Source: Geosiphon pyriformis uo1
Lineage: Eukaryota; Fungi; Glomeromycota
Direction of reading: 5' to 3'
DNA: 64,000 nucleotides
Assembly (NCBI GenBank): GCA_016748015.1
Contig: JAAOMT010000414.1
Location: 276,481-340,480, forward strand
Every line of letters begins with the position of its first letter. The stretch's first letter is position 1. The notes under the pieces are model-generated. The model was not told the origin of the DNA. It saw only the letters and a program-made list of their open reading frames with translations, and did not search any database. The position numbers were made by a program, and so were the translations under genes. Shown piece after piece: positions 12,201 to 27,298 of the stretch.

Positions 12201-15200
12201 TCCTCAATTATTAAACCAATAGCAAAAATAGGAGTCTGTGTAGATGTACCCTTTAAGACTGAAAAATTGTCGCCATGCAAAACATCAAACCTACTACAGG
12301 CCAAAGAGATTCTGTCTGACAGAATCTTAGAAAGTATCTTCCTAGCAGTCTCAACCAAAGCAATAGGTCGAGTATTAGTAAGAGTTCTTTCCCAGTCGTA
12401 TGGCTTTGGAATCATTGATACCCAAGCCAACTTCTATTGTTTAGACACTGTACCAGACACAAAACATGCATTGAAAATGTCCAACAAACCACCCAGAACC
12501 CACAAATCACCATGCTTTCAGAGTTTGTTAGGAATACCAAAAAGTCCAGCAGTCTTGCCATCAGGTAAATCATTAACTACTTTGAAAAACTCATCAGACT
12601 TTATGTTACACATAACTGCAGAAAATACACAATCATCAACATGAACCAAAGGGACATACTGAGCCAACCAACAAGGAGGCAGAGAATCGGAAACCACACA
12701 TTTCCTTATCCAATCTTCCATAATACTATCAACAGTGGATTTGATCTCACCAGATTTGAGAATCAAATCATCTCCAACTATTAGGTGGTCAAGTACCACC
12801 TTCCAAAATGGACACTCCAAGACACTCTTGATCATGTGACCCTTATCAGAACAAAAATTCTCCATGTGTTTGTCAATAGCCTTCCTAATAAGGATGTCCC
12901 TAGCAACCCTAGATTCAAAGTACTTAGACTTGCGATATTTTTTCCTAACTCTTGATAAGTGGCACAGAATTACCTCAATATTGACACTATTGTCAACCAT
13001 GACGTGAACCTCAGTAGCATCACTAACATCAATTTTGGACCAAACATCAATAAGTTTGATTACACTAGAAACCTAATAAGAACCCAAATTCCACATCAAT
13101 TTAGCCACCAAAAGCTCTAGCTTGAAGAATTTTGAAGATTGTTTATTTCTCAAACACTCGAATTTACTGAACCAGAATCTCGAAAACACCTTATCAGCAG
13201 AGCTAATTACTACTTCCCTAATGATCTCCCACATAGCATCCAGATTATCATTAGTCTTAGCCTCATAAAATTTACCTGATTGCTCCAGAAATCTAATTAA
13301 AAAGCAGTCTCGAAAACCTAACCACTTGTCAGCACCCGTATCCTTGATTCTGAATTTCCACCTATCCTTATTAGCTTGCTTATGAACACTATTGAGATGA
13401 GCATTGAGAAGACCATCCAAGCCAATTAAAACTGAAACAGTCTTGTGGTCCATATCAAAAAAACCCTGAACAAAAGCAACGCCATGACCAGCAATTACAG
13501 CTGACAGATCTTCACTTACAAAAATAAAATCAATAACCTTCTCAACACCTCTCGAGTTGCCCCAAGTAGGAGCCCCAATCAAAGAGTGTCTCCCAAATGA
13601 ATTAACCAAATCCAGATCAGAACAAAATTTAAAACTTGCACTCTTCCTAGAGCTGTTTTCATTAAAATCACCACCAAGAACCACAAAAGTGCTGGAGTTT
13701 ACAGGCTTAGCAATAAAAGAATTGATTTTTGAAGCCTAACCAAACCTAGTACCAGCAGAAATGCCAGCATAAAAATCCAGAACTGAAACTGAAAGCTTGC
13801 CTTTGAAGAAAAGTCACACTGAGATAAAACAACCAGAAACCTCTTCGACTTTAGAGACATGACAAGCTAAAGAATTGTCCATAATAATAGTCATGCCAGT
13901 ACCAAGAAAACCCACATTCAACCCTGAAAAAAAAATTCTCACCCCATCAAACTTATCTGTAATCCATGGCCTAGTAGAAAATTTAAGCTTAGTTTCTGTA
14001 ACTATTGAGATCAAATTACCAGAATCAAAATGTCAATGCACAACATCCTCTTGCTTAGCAGGAATGTTGATACCATGAACATTACATGTAGCTACCCTCC
14101 AAATCAGGTCACTCATTGGGGTAAAAAAAATGCCTGTGAACCCAAGCTAATACACAACTAATCTAACTTCTCCAAAATCACACCAACAGAGGCATCAAGA
14201 GCCAACAACTTGGATTCCAAAGAACCCACCTTAGAAGTCAAAACCTTTGAACTACTTGAACCCAAATCTGAACCACCGAAAGGAAGCGGAGATGTCACCA
14301 CAAGATTGTTTAAGGTATCATCCAAAGCCATATCAAAACTGGCAGCTGCTGGAGCAGCCAAAACACCAGAAGTAGAAAAAGAAGGGACCAAAGGCACCAG
14401 ATTTACATTGTTGAGTTTGTGCATAATACCAGAAACCTGGTCATTTAGGAGCTCCAATGAATGCTCCAAAAATGCCAAACAAGCACTCAAAGATGAATTG
14501 ACATTTAGAAGCAAAGAAACACCACCACCTAAACTAAAGGCACCATGAGAAAAGGCACTAAAACCAAAACCAGAGCCAAAAAAGAATGCAAGAGACACCA
14601 CTTGGGCCCATGACTTGCCCCCAAAAGCAGCAGAATGAGAGATAGGAACATTTTTCTTTGCATAAAGCCTGGCCAGCTGAAGGCGGTTGGCAAAAGAAGC
14701 AGGCTTTTTGAACAAAGATAAGAGCTCAGGAGATGACACAATTGAAACATCACATTCAAGAGCCAAATAACCAAGACACCCACATTTTTTGTACCAAACC
14801 AAATCAAATCTAGCCCACAAAAGTCAAACACCACCAAGGATAGGCTCAATAAGAAAAGCTGAATTCAAATTATTAGTAGATTCAAAGCACACTACTGCAC
14901 AACAAAATCTATTGCCAGTTTCCAATAAGCAATTAATAACACAAGTCTTCTTACCAACTTTATCCAAAAGTGTACCAATATCATGTGCAGTAGTTCCCAC
15001 TGGCAAAGTAAACAAAAGCGCCCTGAAGTGATCCTTTAACACCCAGATATTATGATCACCCACAGCTTTGGCTACACGCACTAAGTCTTTCCCAATTAAG
15101 AATGACCACTTTGAGGCCAACTGATCAGCTTGACCAGATTCGGTGAATTCCACCACAGCTTTTTGCCACATTCCAATTAATTGAATTTTAATTGATTTAA

Positions 15201-16094
15201 TTTCTCCAAACTCAGCTACTGTGGTGACAATCATTTCTTTAGACGTGTCCATGGGAATTTCTTTGATTACCACAGCTTGACCTGAATGCATTCCTTGTCT
15301 TTTGAAATCAGTGTTTACAATGATGTTGTTATTTTTGGCCAATGAGGCAGTCTTTTCCATGCTTGCTTCAGAGGTGAAGGTAGATCTAATAATCTTTTCA
15401 AATTTTGAGGGGGTAGTGGCCCCCTCAAAACCATTGATCCCTAAAAATAATTTTCTTATGACCTAAGTTTTGGCCATTGCCGATTTTTTTTCTACAGCTG
15501 AAAGATCAATGTCCAAAGCAAAAAAAATTTTCACAGACACCTCAACCTGAGTTTTAACAATTTTAGGATCAATCCACTTTTTTTCCAGAGGGATAAACAC
15601 ATGAAAAGAAAGCACAATTTTATTATCATCCATAGTGAAGTCAGAAAAGCCAAGTGGAGAACCAAACATTGTGCCAGTATCAACATGTTTCACCTTAGAA
15701 GTAGTTGCAGCTAAATCCAGAAGAAACCCTCCATATACACCTGTCATGCCAACATCCTTATCATCACCAGACAGACTATCTACATTAAAGTACACACTAT
15801 CACCAGGCCCAGATTTACTCAAAGAGATATTTCTCTCATCACCAGAGTGTTTAACATTGCCAAGAACCACTCTTTTTTTCTGAGCAAAAAAACCACCAGC
15901 AGGACCATGAAAAGCACTTTTGGGCGCCTTTTTTTTTGACATATCACTGCCCGAAGCAGTTTTCAAATCCATAACAAAGGAGTTATTGTTTAAGGAAATG
16001 TTGAAAGAAAACTAACAAGAAAAAATAAAAAACTTCTTTTTCAGAAAATGTGCTTTTTTGAGGATTTTTGGAGGTAAGAAAGAAAGAAGTTTTT
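9299..16094 (-). mobile_element. Full-length LINE copy 2 (ORF1 ~15972-14113, ORF2 ~14116-9428, both disrupted)
   Basis: Same domain order: VLGGDFNE, SAFVDDTIW, IYMDGS..FTDSQ..KIKGH, CIRCGLLEDSDHTFSC. Poly(A) at ~9299-9310, shared 3' UTR and 5' motif, approximate TSD AATATATAT (9289 / 16095). Confidence 0.93.
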
Positions 16095-16654
16095 AATATA
16101 TATTTTTAATTCTAATAAATAAAGAATCAATAAAAAGAAAAAGTCTATAATTTATTAATAAATATATATAAAACTTTTTTTATTAACAAAATTAACTATT
16201 TTTTTTATTTTTTAAACATATTTATTTTTGTTTAAAATTTTGTTTGTTTTTACTTTAGTTATAATATTAATAATAATATAGTAATTTTGTATTATTTTGG
16301 AATTTCTGTTTTAAAATTGATTTTAAATTATAAAAAATACATATTCATTTAAATTAAATTTTTTTAAATATAATAAGTTTTATTAAATTTTCAAGTTTTG
16401 AGTATTACTATTTTTCGGTGATTTATTTGCAAAGCTGTTATATAATTTTATATAATTCTTTTTTGAACTACAGTGTTTAAGATCAGTAATTGAATGTATG
16501 ACTCATCACTTCTGAAACACACTTTTTTGCATAAGAGGAATACAATTAGTTAGAGGAAGAAACAATGGCGCTGAAAATACAATAACCTTAATCTGGTCAT
16601 ATGTTCACTGACAATTGTCTCTCTTTCGTTCGCTTCTCACTGACTCTCACAAAG

Positions 16655-16920
16655 GTGAGTGAGTGGGACATTCGTTTCTTCGGGTCAAAGCTCAATTTCG
16701 GGATGTATGCCTCTGATTCAGTCCTTTACTAAAATATCCAACAATGTAATGTGAAATTACCATCTTAGGGATACCCAATGTTTGTTTACTTCAACATCCA
16801 CTGTTAGTCCCAACTTGAACTTGTTCTATTTTTTTAGCCCACATTAAAAAAGAACGACTCTTGCTATTAGATATCTATTGAATACTAGAAATATAAGCAA
16901 CTTTTATTTGTTGAACTTAG
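16655..16920 (+). other. Possible 5' UTR intron of the SUN gene
   Basis: AAG|GTGAGT consensus donor at 16655 and a CTTAG acceptor ending 6 nt before the ATG; no transcript evidence. Confidence 0.35.
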
Positions 16921-16926
16921 AGAGAA

Positions 16927-18662
16927 ATGGTTCGCAGTAGGAGCAACGTTACTCAAAATGACGAATTGTCAAGTGGGACAAACCTGCAAACACCGCCGAG
17001 ATATGACTTGCGAGAAACTCAAAATAGGCGACGACAACGACCAAAACAACAGGTTACCCCCTCTAAATTACCCAACAACCCAAATTCAATTGACTACTCA
17101 AATCTGAGAACAGATTCTTCTTTTATACAAGGAGGTGTTTCACCGGATGGACCGAATGCAAATTGTGAAGAGCTATATCAACGCATAAAATATGTTCCTT
17201 TCGAAGACTTAGGATACGGATCTGATACCTCAAAAAGTAATGATTATTCAACAAAACTGGGAACTAAAAATATTTTTAGCCCCATACCCAGGAATATGAA
17301 AGAATTCGAAGATAATGAACTGGAGAATAGGAAAGAAGTGAAAATTCCAGAGCTACCTTATCAGCGTAGCACTTATAGTATGCTCCTTGTACCAATTGAT
17401 CAAGAGCGAAATTTCGGCAATGACTTCGGGTGTCACAACAGCGATCGTAATAATCATGTTAACCATCAATCCACTACCTCGGTAGACGGCACTCGATTTA
17501 GCATTGGTTCGAATACTGAAACCTCGTTGTCTGGGAAAAAAGGTATCGAAGTCCCAATACAAACTCACCCAAGTTTTGATATGTTAGCTTTTGTTTGGCA
17601 AGAGCTTTCGAAGCTATTTCATGGTGCAATAAATCTGCCAGACCTCGGATCTGATAAATCGGAAAAAGAATTTCAAAATGGTCACAATGATAAACTCCGA
17701 AGGTCACGAGATAATCAACAAGCAATTTTACTGGGACTCAAAAAAATCTTGATTTTTCTTGGATTATTGATATTTTTATTCTATGTCGGAAGTTTTGTTT
17801 GGAATTATCGCCCTAAAAAGTCGGATGATATTCGATTGGATGTGGCTTGGGATTCCGAAGAATTTCGTGCTTTGATCGCAAATGAAGCTGGGACAATATT
17901 TTCTCATGAAATACAAAAAGTATTGAAAAAAAAGGTTGAATCTGGTTTCAATAGAGAAGAAGTATTAGAAGCAATGAGAAGAGAAATGCAAGAGGTAAGA
18001 TTTTAGATTTTAGATCATAGATTGTGATTATTGTGAAATATAAGCTTACCTATCTATTTCTTCACAATAAGGTATTTACAAAGGAATTGCTAGAGAAAAA
18101 ATATGGCGCAAGTCGACCAGATTTTGCTCTTTCCACAGTAGGAGCAAGGATCATTCCCCATTTGACCTCTCTTTCATATTCCGTCTCTCCTCAAAATTGG
18201 CCGGGGAAATTTTTATCCTATATATCTTGGCGAAGTAATATTGTTGATAACGCACCAATGATTACTATTGCACCTGGGATCTATGATGGTCTATGCTGGA
18301 GTTATCCGGGTGAAAAGGGGGTTTTGGCTGTGCGACTAGCGAAAACAGCTTATGTAACTGCGATTACTTATGAACATATTAGTAAAGAGATCGCGGTACG
18401 GGATGAAATTTCTCCTGCGCCAAAAGATTTTGAGGTTTGGGGATTACCAGAAACTGGATTGGAAATGAGTATAACTGATTTCTCTGTTTTTCTTGGAAGT
18501 TTTACTTACAATGTTGAAGATGATTCTTCAAGACAAATATTTAATGTCGACGAATCAAAAATACCGATTCGTGCGGTCCTCTTCAAAATTAAGAACAATT
18601 GGGGCAACTCTCAATTCACCCGTATTTATCGTTTCCGTGTTCATGGTGATCGTGTTGATTAG
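16927..18662 (+). CDS. SUN-domain (Sad1/UNC-84) inner nuclear membrane protein; exons 16927-17994 and 18072-18662, ~552 aa
   Basis: Low-complexity N-terminus and one TM helix (ILIFLGLLIFLFYVGSFVW). Phase-0 intron 17995-18071 (GTAAGA..AAG, 77 bp) joins the two ORFs in frame. SUN motifs PDFALSTVGARII, CWSYPG, TYEH, APKDFEVWG, LGSFTY, NNWG..IYRFRVHG. CpGs are retained. Confidence 0.93.
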
Positions 18663-19832
18663 GTCTTTGATAGCTATGTTTTTTGTTTAGAATTGGGGTT
18701 TTTTTTGAAGGGATGGTTGGAAATTTTGGTTCAGTATCATCCTTTGTATAGATTTAAGTTCCTGTTGATGCAAATAGTCAATTTGATAATTACTGTAACC
18801 TTTTTCATGCTTTTAATATTATTTGAATTTGGATTTCTGTTTGGCACATCATCTTTTACATGATCTACAGCTGGGATTTTCCGCATGTTGATTTTCAGAT
18901 TAAATTTTCGTCATATGTAGTTACATTAATCCAACTCCCAAAATCTTGATCGACATTATACTAATACGGCAAGCATAATCAATACTGAACTAAAGTACAG
19001 ATGCTATTAATAACGGAAATCACTAATAGATTTGTGACATTTTTTAACATAAACCAAAACCCAATATTCTTAAAATGGTTAAAAATCCTCACATTTTTTT
19101 TTAAGCATTGAGATTAATGGTGGTTTAACAAAAGTATCTATAAATTGTGAAATTGGAAAACTATAAGTTAATGTTTTTAATCTACTCTTTAAATAAATTG
19201 CTCTATTTTACAAGTATACTAACTCTTAATAATTATTATAAATTTTCTGAATATTTTTTTTTAAGATAAAAAATAAAAATGCAATAAAAATAATTAATTT
19301 ATTCAGAAAATATTAGTTAATAACTTAAAAAATATAGCTTATATTATATTTATAATTATTATTATTATTATTATTTACTTTTAATTAGATTAAAAAAAAT
19401 ATGTGAAATTTAAAATAAATGTTTTATTTTATTTCTTAAAAATTTTGCAATAATAAAAAACCAACTGTTAAAATTACACTGGTTTTTAATTTTTTTATAA
19501 ATAATTTGTTTCGAGATTTTCATACGCCTTATTTGAACAATCCAATATTCCAGATCTGCAATTATTATTCAAAAGTAGTTACCAAAAAACATAATCAATT
19601 AATTTGTTTCTGCTTATGTTGATCATAATTATAATTGGTATTATTAATATACAATTAATGTTCTAAATCAAGCCATTTAAATTTGATTATTTAAAGCATT
19701 AACTTCTAAAAAATAATATACTGAATAAGCCTAAAGTAAATTGATTAATTGAATATATATAAATAATTAATATTATTAAAATAATGCTAATACAGTACAT
19801 AAATTTTAAGTAATTTAACTATATATACAGTC

Positions 19833-22800
19833 TTTTTTTTTATTAACATTTAATAAGTGTAATCCAATTACTATCTAGTATACAGAGTCAAAACTATGGA
19901 TCCTAGCTAGATGCAATTCATGTATTTACCACATGTAATCAGTTACTTAGATTAATCAAAGCAACACTAAGCCTTTATACAAACAGTTGCTCTATTATTT
20001 AAGCCAGAAAAAAACAGATAAGATTTGCAGAAACCAAAACTAATTTCAAATGAATTATCAATACCAATCAATTTAGTCACACTATCTGATAGAATTGGCA
20101 ATAAGCCAACAGATACTACAAGTATCACACCTAAATTACCAACTAAATTATTTCTTTTTATATTCACTCTAAACTTAAACCTAAAACTCCACAATTCTGA
20201 ATGATACAGAACATCCAAACCATGCACAAAATCAACCAAAATCTGGGTAGTCTCTTTATAATTATTGAAAATTTGCATCATCTCCTCAAACCACTCTGCA
20301 AGCACAAAACCTTTGCAGAAAAGAGCATACAGACCAATATTAAATAAACATAAGAAAAAGGATTCCACAATTACAGAAGAGGCAAGAAAACAAAAACCAG
20401 TCAAAGACTTCCAACAAGAAATACACTCAAACAAAATCACTTTATAAAAGTTGAACTCTTTGCAGCATGTAAATACATAGTCAGAAAACTCAATCTCATT
20501 ACAATACAAATATAAAACACCAAGATAATATTTGTTATAAAGCCTCTTTCTAACAGCAACAAGCAGCCTTCATAAAATAAGTACACAAGCTAGCAGAAGC
20601 TTTGCTTATAAATCCTGACAGCATGTACAAATTAAGATGCCAAACAGCTACAGTATGGACTCAATCAACATTACAAACTGAAAAACCACCTAAAACTCTA
20701 GAACCAGAACCAATTTTTTAATGCATCTGATTTATCAACCTAAAAATATTCCAAACAAAATGACAAATATTACCAGAAACCAGCAGACCATTAGTCACAA
20801 TAAAGTGTTTACATGCATTAGTTGGCAATAGCAAAGATGATTAAGCAGCTTTTTCTACCAAAGCATTTGCATAGACATTACTCAGAACTCCCAAGTGGCC
20901 TTTGACCTTTAACCAAACCACAAAAATGTCTTTATTAACAATCAAATTTGCGATATGTCTTCTCTCCATCTAACAGCAATTACAAAAACCAAAACTAGGC
21001 AACCTCAATTCTGAAACACATGCATCCAAAGCAGTCTGACTGTTCAAACACACTACTATTGAACAAGAAAAAAGCATATATTCCAGAGCCAAAACAACAA
21101 TCTGCAATTCAGTCATCATAGAAGACAAATATCCAACTACCCAAATTCTAATACCCAAATTAATTTGGGAAAAAATGCAATAGCACCTCTAGTCACATCA
21201 ACAAAACCAAGCTCTTTTAAAAAACCATTCATATAAATAGTAAAAGTGTTTAACCAGATTTTAAGAAGACCACCTTTAATATTAGAAAACTGACCAGATA
21301 ACAAAACACTATCAACATCCAACATAGAGTCTCTGTCAGAAGATACAAGTGTGAGCATAGCATCATGCAAAAATTTTGACACTATAACAAACCAAAAAAG
21401 CACAGGTCCCTTAGGGTTTAATCTCATCTAATATTGGAATGTCTTCCAATCCAAAATTTTGCCATATTTGTCTAAAAGCCTGTTACAGAAAGCCACACCA
21501 AAACTCTTTAAGAAACTAATACAATTGTAATATAATGATGGCCCTAAAACTTTTGAAACAAGAAATCTGCCAAAACAATAAAAAGCACAAGACAGATTGT
21601 TAGTTATAAAAAGATCATTATCTAAAAAAACACACACAATTCCAGCCAAAAAATTGTTTGAAGAACTAACATATAACCACACAGGATATTGTAAAAGATT
21701 TAGAGAAGCCCAGCCCAAAACCTGCAAATCCAAAAATCTGTGCTCAAAAAGCCGACTGAGAATCTTAAAAGCATTAGCAAAAGCAACAACTGATTCTGAC
21801 TTTTTCTCAGCCTGAATCTGCTTAAATTTTTTCAGACCATACAACACAGAATGATACAGTACTTTACTTGGAAAATTACATAACAGTTCAGCTTTAAACT
21901 TAAAACTTTTCCCAACTAAAGCATCCCAATGCCAGCAAACAACAGAAGGGATAAAACTAAACTGAATACAGTAGTTAACAATAGACTGCAGAACTGCTGA
22001 GACCAAATACAAAAACTGTTTATCTGAAATTGTCTTTCTTAATACCATATTGGAAAAGAACTTAACATCAAACTGAGTCTTAGCCAAACTGGGTTTGAAC
22101 AAACTATCTGTAGACAAAAAGATACCCAAGTACCTATGAGGTATACCACACTTGGCAATCAAAATAAGGGATTCATTAATTCTGAAAACAGCATTTTTAA
22201 TTCTCCTATTGATGGAAATAACAACTGTTTTGTCATTGTTAATTAAAATATCATTAATCAAGAAGAACTCACTGATAATGTCTAATATAAACTGTATAGC
22301 AGATTGGCTATTCCCAATTCAGATAGTATCATTTACAAAAGTTTCAACTGCAAAAAAAGAGATTATTCCACTCACATAATTAATCTTTTCTATCTTAACC
22401 ACAAACTTGGTATTAAACTGGTAATCACACACACTTTTTTGTCTTTTAATTTTGCACAAAAGAGGGTCATAAAAAATTCACCAAAGAAGAGAAAAAAACA
22501 CTTTTTCCTAATTAAGACCATCAAAAACCCATCTAAAAGGCCAAAATCTATTATGACTCTATTTGACCTATTCTTATGAATTCCACCAAAAAACTCAATA
22601 AATCTTTTACACATTTTGATACACCACAAACTAACTTTTAAGTAATGCCACCCAACTGAATCATATGCCTTGCACATATTCTGCAAAACCAATCAAACCT
22701 CCCTGTCCTTTTTCAAAACATCTTTAATTACCAAACCAACTGTAAAAATAAGAGACTGCATTGAAGTATCCTTCAAGACTGAGAAGTTATCCTCACAAAA

Positions 22801-25800
22801 AATGCTGAATTTACAGCAGACAGAAGAGATTTGATTTGAAAGAATTTTAGAAAAAATTTTATAAGCAGTTTCAACTAGTGCAATAGAGCAAGTATTTGTT
22901 AAGATACTATTTCATTCATAAGATTTGGGTATCATAGAAACCTATGCCCTTTTCCACAAAAGTGGAACAGCACCTAACCTTAAACACAAATTCAAAAAAT
23001 CCAAAAAACCTTTGAAAATGTCATTACTTCAATGTTTTTATAATTCATTAGGAATACCATTGAGACCAGCAGTCTTCCTATCCAGTAATTGTTTGACAAT
23101 TTGAATCAATTCACTAAAACTAATAACATCTATAATACAAAAAATGGCATTGTTATTTACATGCTACAAAGAAGCATATTAACAAGCCCAAAAATCAGGC
23201 AAAGACCCAGAAAATGAACACTTCCTGGTTCATCCTTCTATTATAGCATCTATCTTAAATTTAACTTCATTAGAATTCAAAACCAATTCATTATTAACAA
23301 TTAAATAGTCAAGGACTACTCTATAAAACGACTTATCCAAAATATTCTTGATCATATGGTCTTTGTCTGAGCAAAAATTCTCCATCTTTTTATTAATGGC
23401 AGCCTTAAATTCATGCATCTTAAAACAATGATAACTTTTTCTAAACTTGGACAAGCAACTAAAAATGTCCATACTGCTGGTGTCATTATTTAATATGTTC
23501 TGAACTTTAAGAACTTTAACTTTATTAGCAATTAATCAAGCATTAATCAACAAGATAGTTCTAAAAAAATTACCAAATTGTAAACACTTAACCACTTTGA
23601 CAACCAGCAGTTCCAGCTTAAAAAACTTAAAAGAATGTTTGTTGAAAAAACAATTAACATCATAAAACCAATATTTAGAGAAAACTTTATCAGCCAAATC
23701 TACTATAGTCTTCTCTAGCAAATTCCATATAGTCTCAAGATCTCCACCAGCATTTGCAAATAAGAACTCACTTAATACAGAAAAGAACTTGACAGAAACA
23801 CACTCTTTGAAATAAGCCTATTTGGGGGCATCTGCACCAGCAATTTTGAACTTCCAATAATCTCTGTTAATTTGTTTGCACAAACTATTCAAATAAAAAT
23901 TCAAAAGTTCACCCAGACCAATCAATACCATGACAGCCTTGTAATTAGTATCAAAGAAATCAGAAGCAGAAGCAACTTCATGACCAGTAATTGCTGACAA
24001 TAGACACTTACTAACAAAGATGTAGTCAATAATTTTCTTGACTCCTCTTAAATTGCTTTATATGGAAGCCTTGGCCAATTAATAACTTCCAAATGCATTA
24101 ACCAATCCTAAATCCAAACAGAATTGAAAGCTTGCACTCTTTTTAGAACCATTCTTATTAAAATTCCCACTCAAGACCACAAAAATACTGGTATTAACTG
24201 CCCTTGCAATAAAGAAATTAACCTCAATCACCTAACCAAACCTAATTTCAGTAGAGGCACCAGCATACAAGCCTAAAACTGTAACTGAAAACTTGTTTTT
24301 AAAAAGAAGCCAAACAAAAATGACATAACTAGGCACTTCTTTAATCTTGAAAACATGTTGAACTAAAGAATTGTTCATGATAATTGCCATTTTAGCACCA
24401 AGAAAACTCTTATTCAAACCAGACATAAACACTTACATATCATTAAACTTGTTCATAGTCCAGGGCCTAATACTAGATCTTAATTTTGTTTCTGTGATTA
24501 TAAAAATCATATTACTAGAGTTCATGTGCCACCACACAATATCATCTTGTTTAGCCAGCACATTGATGCCATGAATATTGCATCTAGCAATTTTTCATAT
24601 CAAATCATTTATAAAGAAAAGAAAGGTACTTGAGAACCCAACTCAGTACACAACTAATTTAATTTCACTAATATTAAACCAACAAAGACATTAAGAGCCA
24701 CTAACTTAGATTCTAAAAAGCCCATCTTAGTAGTTAGCACTTTTGAACTACTTAGACCAAAAACTAAAACATCAGAGACAATGAAAGAAAGAGACAGAGA
24801 CACCAGCTCGGGGCCATCCAAAATTATTGTCAAACCCAAATCTGAATTGGCAGCCATTAAAGTGTTCAAAACTGAGGAAAAGAGAAGAAGAGTTTGAGGC
24901 ATTAAAACAAGATTGTTGAGCTTGTGCATAATACCAGAAACTTGATCAGTTAGGAGTTTCAAGGAACATTCTAAGGAAGCCAAATAAGCACTTAAAAAAG
25001 AGATATCAACAGAAATATAAGGAAAAATACTACCTGAACTTGAGACACCAAAAGGAGAAAAACTAGGACTAGATCCAAAACAAGTACCACCAAAAGAATT
25101 GGCAAACAAAACCACTTGGGCCCAAGATTTGCCACCAAAAACAGCAGGGCAAGAAATCAGAACATTTTTTTTTTATACAACTTGGCAAGCTGAAAACAAA
25201 CATTCTTAGAAGCAACTTTTTTATATGATTTCTTTAACAATGACAGCACAGAAACATCTGATGCATCACATTTAAGAGCTGAATGCCCAAAACACTCACA
25301 CTTCTTACAACAAACCAAATTCATCCTAGTTCATAAGAGTTTTACTTCACCAAAAATAGGCTTTGTGTAAAAGACAGATTTTAGATCATTATTAAAACCA
25401 AAACCAACCACAGCACAGCAAATTTTATTACCAGTTTTCATAGATCTATTTATAATACAAGTTTTCCTACCAGTTTTTTTTAAAAAAGTTCTAAGATCAT
25501 GTGCTGTTGTACTCACTAGCAAAGTAAACAAAAGCATTTTGAATTGATTTCTAGATGCCCAAATTTCACAATTTTTTACAGCTTTGGCTATGCACACAGA
25601 ATCTTTCCCAATTAGGAATAATTATTTTGAGACCAACAAATTAGCTTGATCTAATTCGGCAAACTTCACTACAGCTTTTTACCACATTTCAATTAATTGA
25701 ATTTTAATCGACTTAATCTTCCCAAATTCAGATACTGTAGCAATAATCATATTCTTAAGTTTATTTATGAGAATTTTCTTGATAACCACAGCCTAATCTG

Positions 25801-26603
25801 ACCTCATTTTTTGTCTTCTAAGATCACTGTTTATATTCTCTTTTTTCTGGCCAATGATGTGGCTATTTTCATGCTTTTTTTTAAAATAAAAGTAGAATGA
25901 ATAATCCCTTCAAATTTTGAGGGAGTAGTGGTCCTCCCAAAACCATTAACTGCTGAAAATAATTTTCTGATAATTTGAGTTTTAGTTGTGGCAGATTTGT
26001 CTTTTACCACTGAAAGATTAATATCCAAAGCAAATAACTTTTTGACTGGTACTTCAATTGAAAACTTAATGATTTTTGGGTCGATCCACTTTTTGTCCAG
26101 AAAGATAGACAAACAAGAAGAAAAAACAACTTTATTATTATCCATATCAAAATTGTGAGGCCCAAATGGAGAACCAAAGACAGCACTAGTATTAACTTGT
26201 TTTGCCTTAAGAATAGTAGTAGCCAAGCCTAAAAGAAATTCACAATTCACACTAAACATACTAATATTTTTATTATTACCAGACAGACTATTCACATCAG
26301 AATACACACTACCACTAGGCCTGGATCTATTCAAAGAGATATTTTTTTTATTGCCAGAGTGTTTAATATTGCCAAGAATAACTTTCTTCTTTTAAGAGAA
26401 AAAACCACTAGTAAGACCATGAAAATTACCTTTGGGTGCCTTTTTTTTAGACATAACACTACCTGCAATAGTCTTCAAGTTCACAAAAAATAAGTTATTA
26501 AGTAAAAAAATATTGATATAAATTAGCAGAAAAATAAAACTTTTTTTTTAGAAACTATTCTCTTTGAGGATTTTTTGGAGATAAGAGAGAAAGAAGTTTT
26601 TTT
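19833..26603 (-). mobile_element. Full-length LINE copy 3, more decayed (ORF1 closest to copy 2)
   Basis: ORF fragments homologous to copies 1 and 2 along the whole length; poly(A) at 19833; shared 3' UTR 19850-19967; 5' motif at 26585-26600. TSD not clear. Confidence 0.9.
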
Positions 26604-27298
26604 ATATTTTTAGTTTTTTTATAAGTATTAAGTCAATTTTTTTATTATAATTTTATTGTAAAAAGTAGGTTTTTTTTTGTTCTAAATTTCTTATTTTGTT
26701 ATAAATTATTAGTTTTAATTATATTATTTTATTAATAAATCATAAAAAAAATATTTTATAAAAACATATTAATTAAATATTTAGACAATTATAACTTCTT
26801 TAATCTTTATTTTTTAAATAAAATATTTAAAAACCATATATTTTTAATAATTAATTAAAAAAATTTAGTGTAATTTTAATAAAATAGTTTAATTTTTTTT
26901 TAATAATTTATTTTATGTTTCTAATAAAAATTGATAAATTCTAAATTGGTTTTTGTTTTATAAATATTTTTAAAATTTTTGTTTTTTTTGTATATATTAT
27001 AAAATAAATTTATATAACTAATATTAAATTTATGTTATTAATATTATTAATATTTAATAATAATGTTTAAAAATTATAATATTATTAAGTAATATTAATA
27101 ACTAAATTAATAATATTATTAATTAAATTAATTAAATTAAATTATTATTTAAAAATAAAATAGTTAATTATATTATATTATTAACTAATACATATAATAA
27201 TTAATAAAAATAATTTTTAACTATAACAATATAAAAAAAAAATTTAAAAAAAAAATTTGTAAATTTTCAAAACAAAGTTTTATTTAATTAATTTGTTA

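Noticed and set aside
2302-15883. Many short plus-strand ORFs over the LINEs (and similar antisense ORFs elsewhere)
   Set aside because: These are shadow frames antisense to the LINE ORFs, with no motifs and no conserved boundaries between copies.
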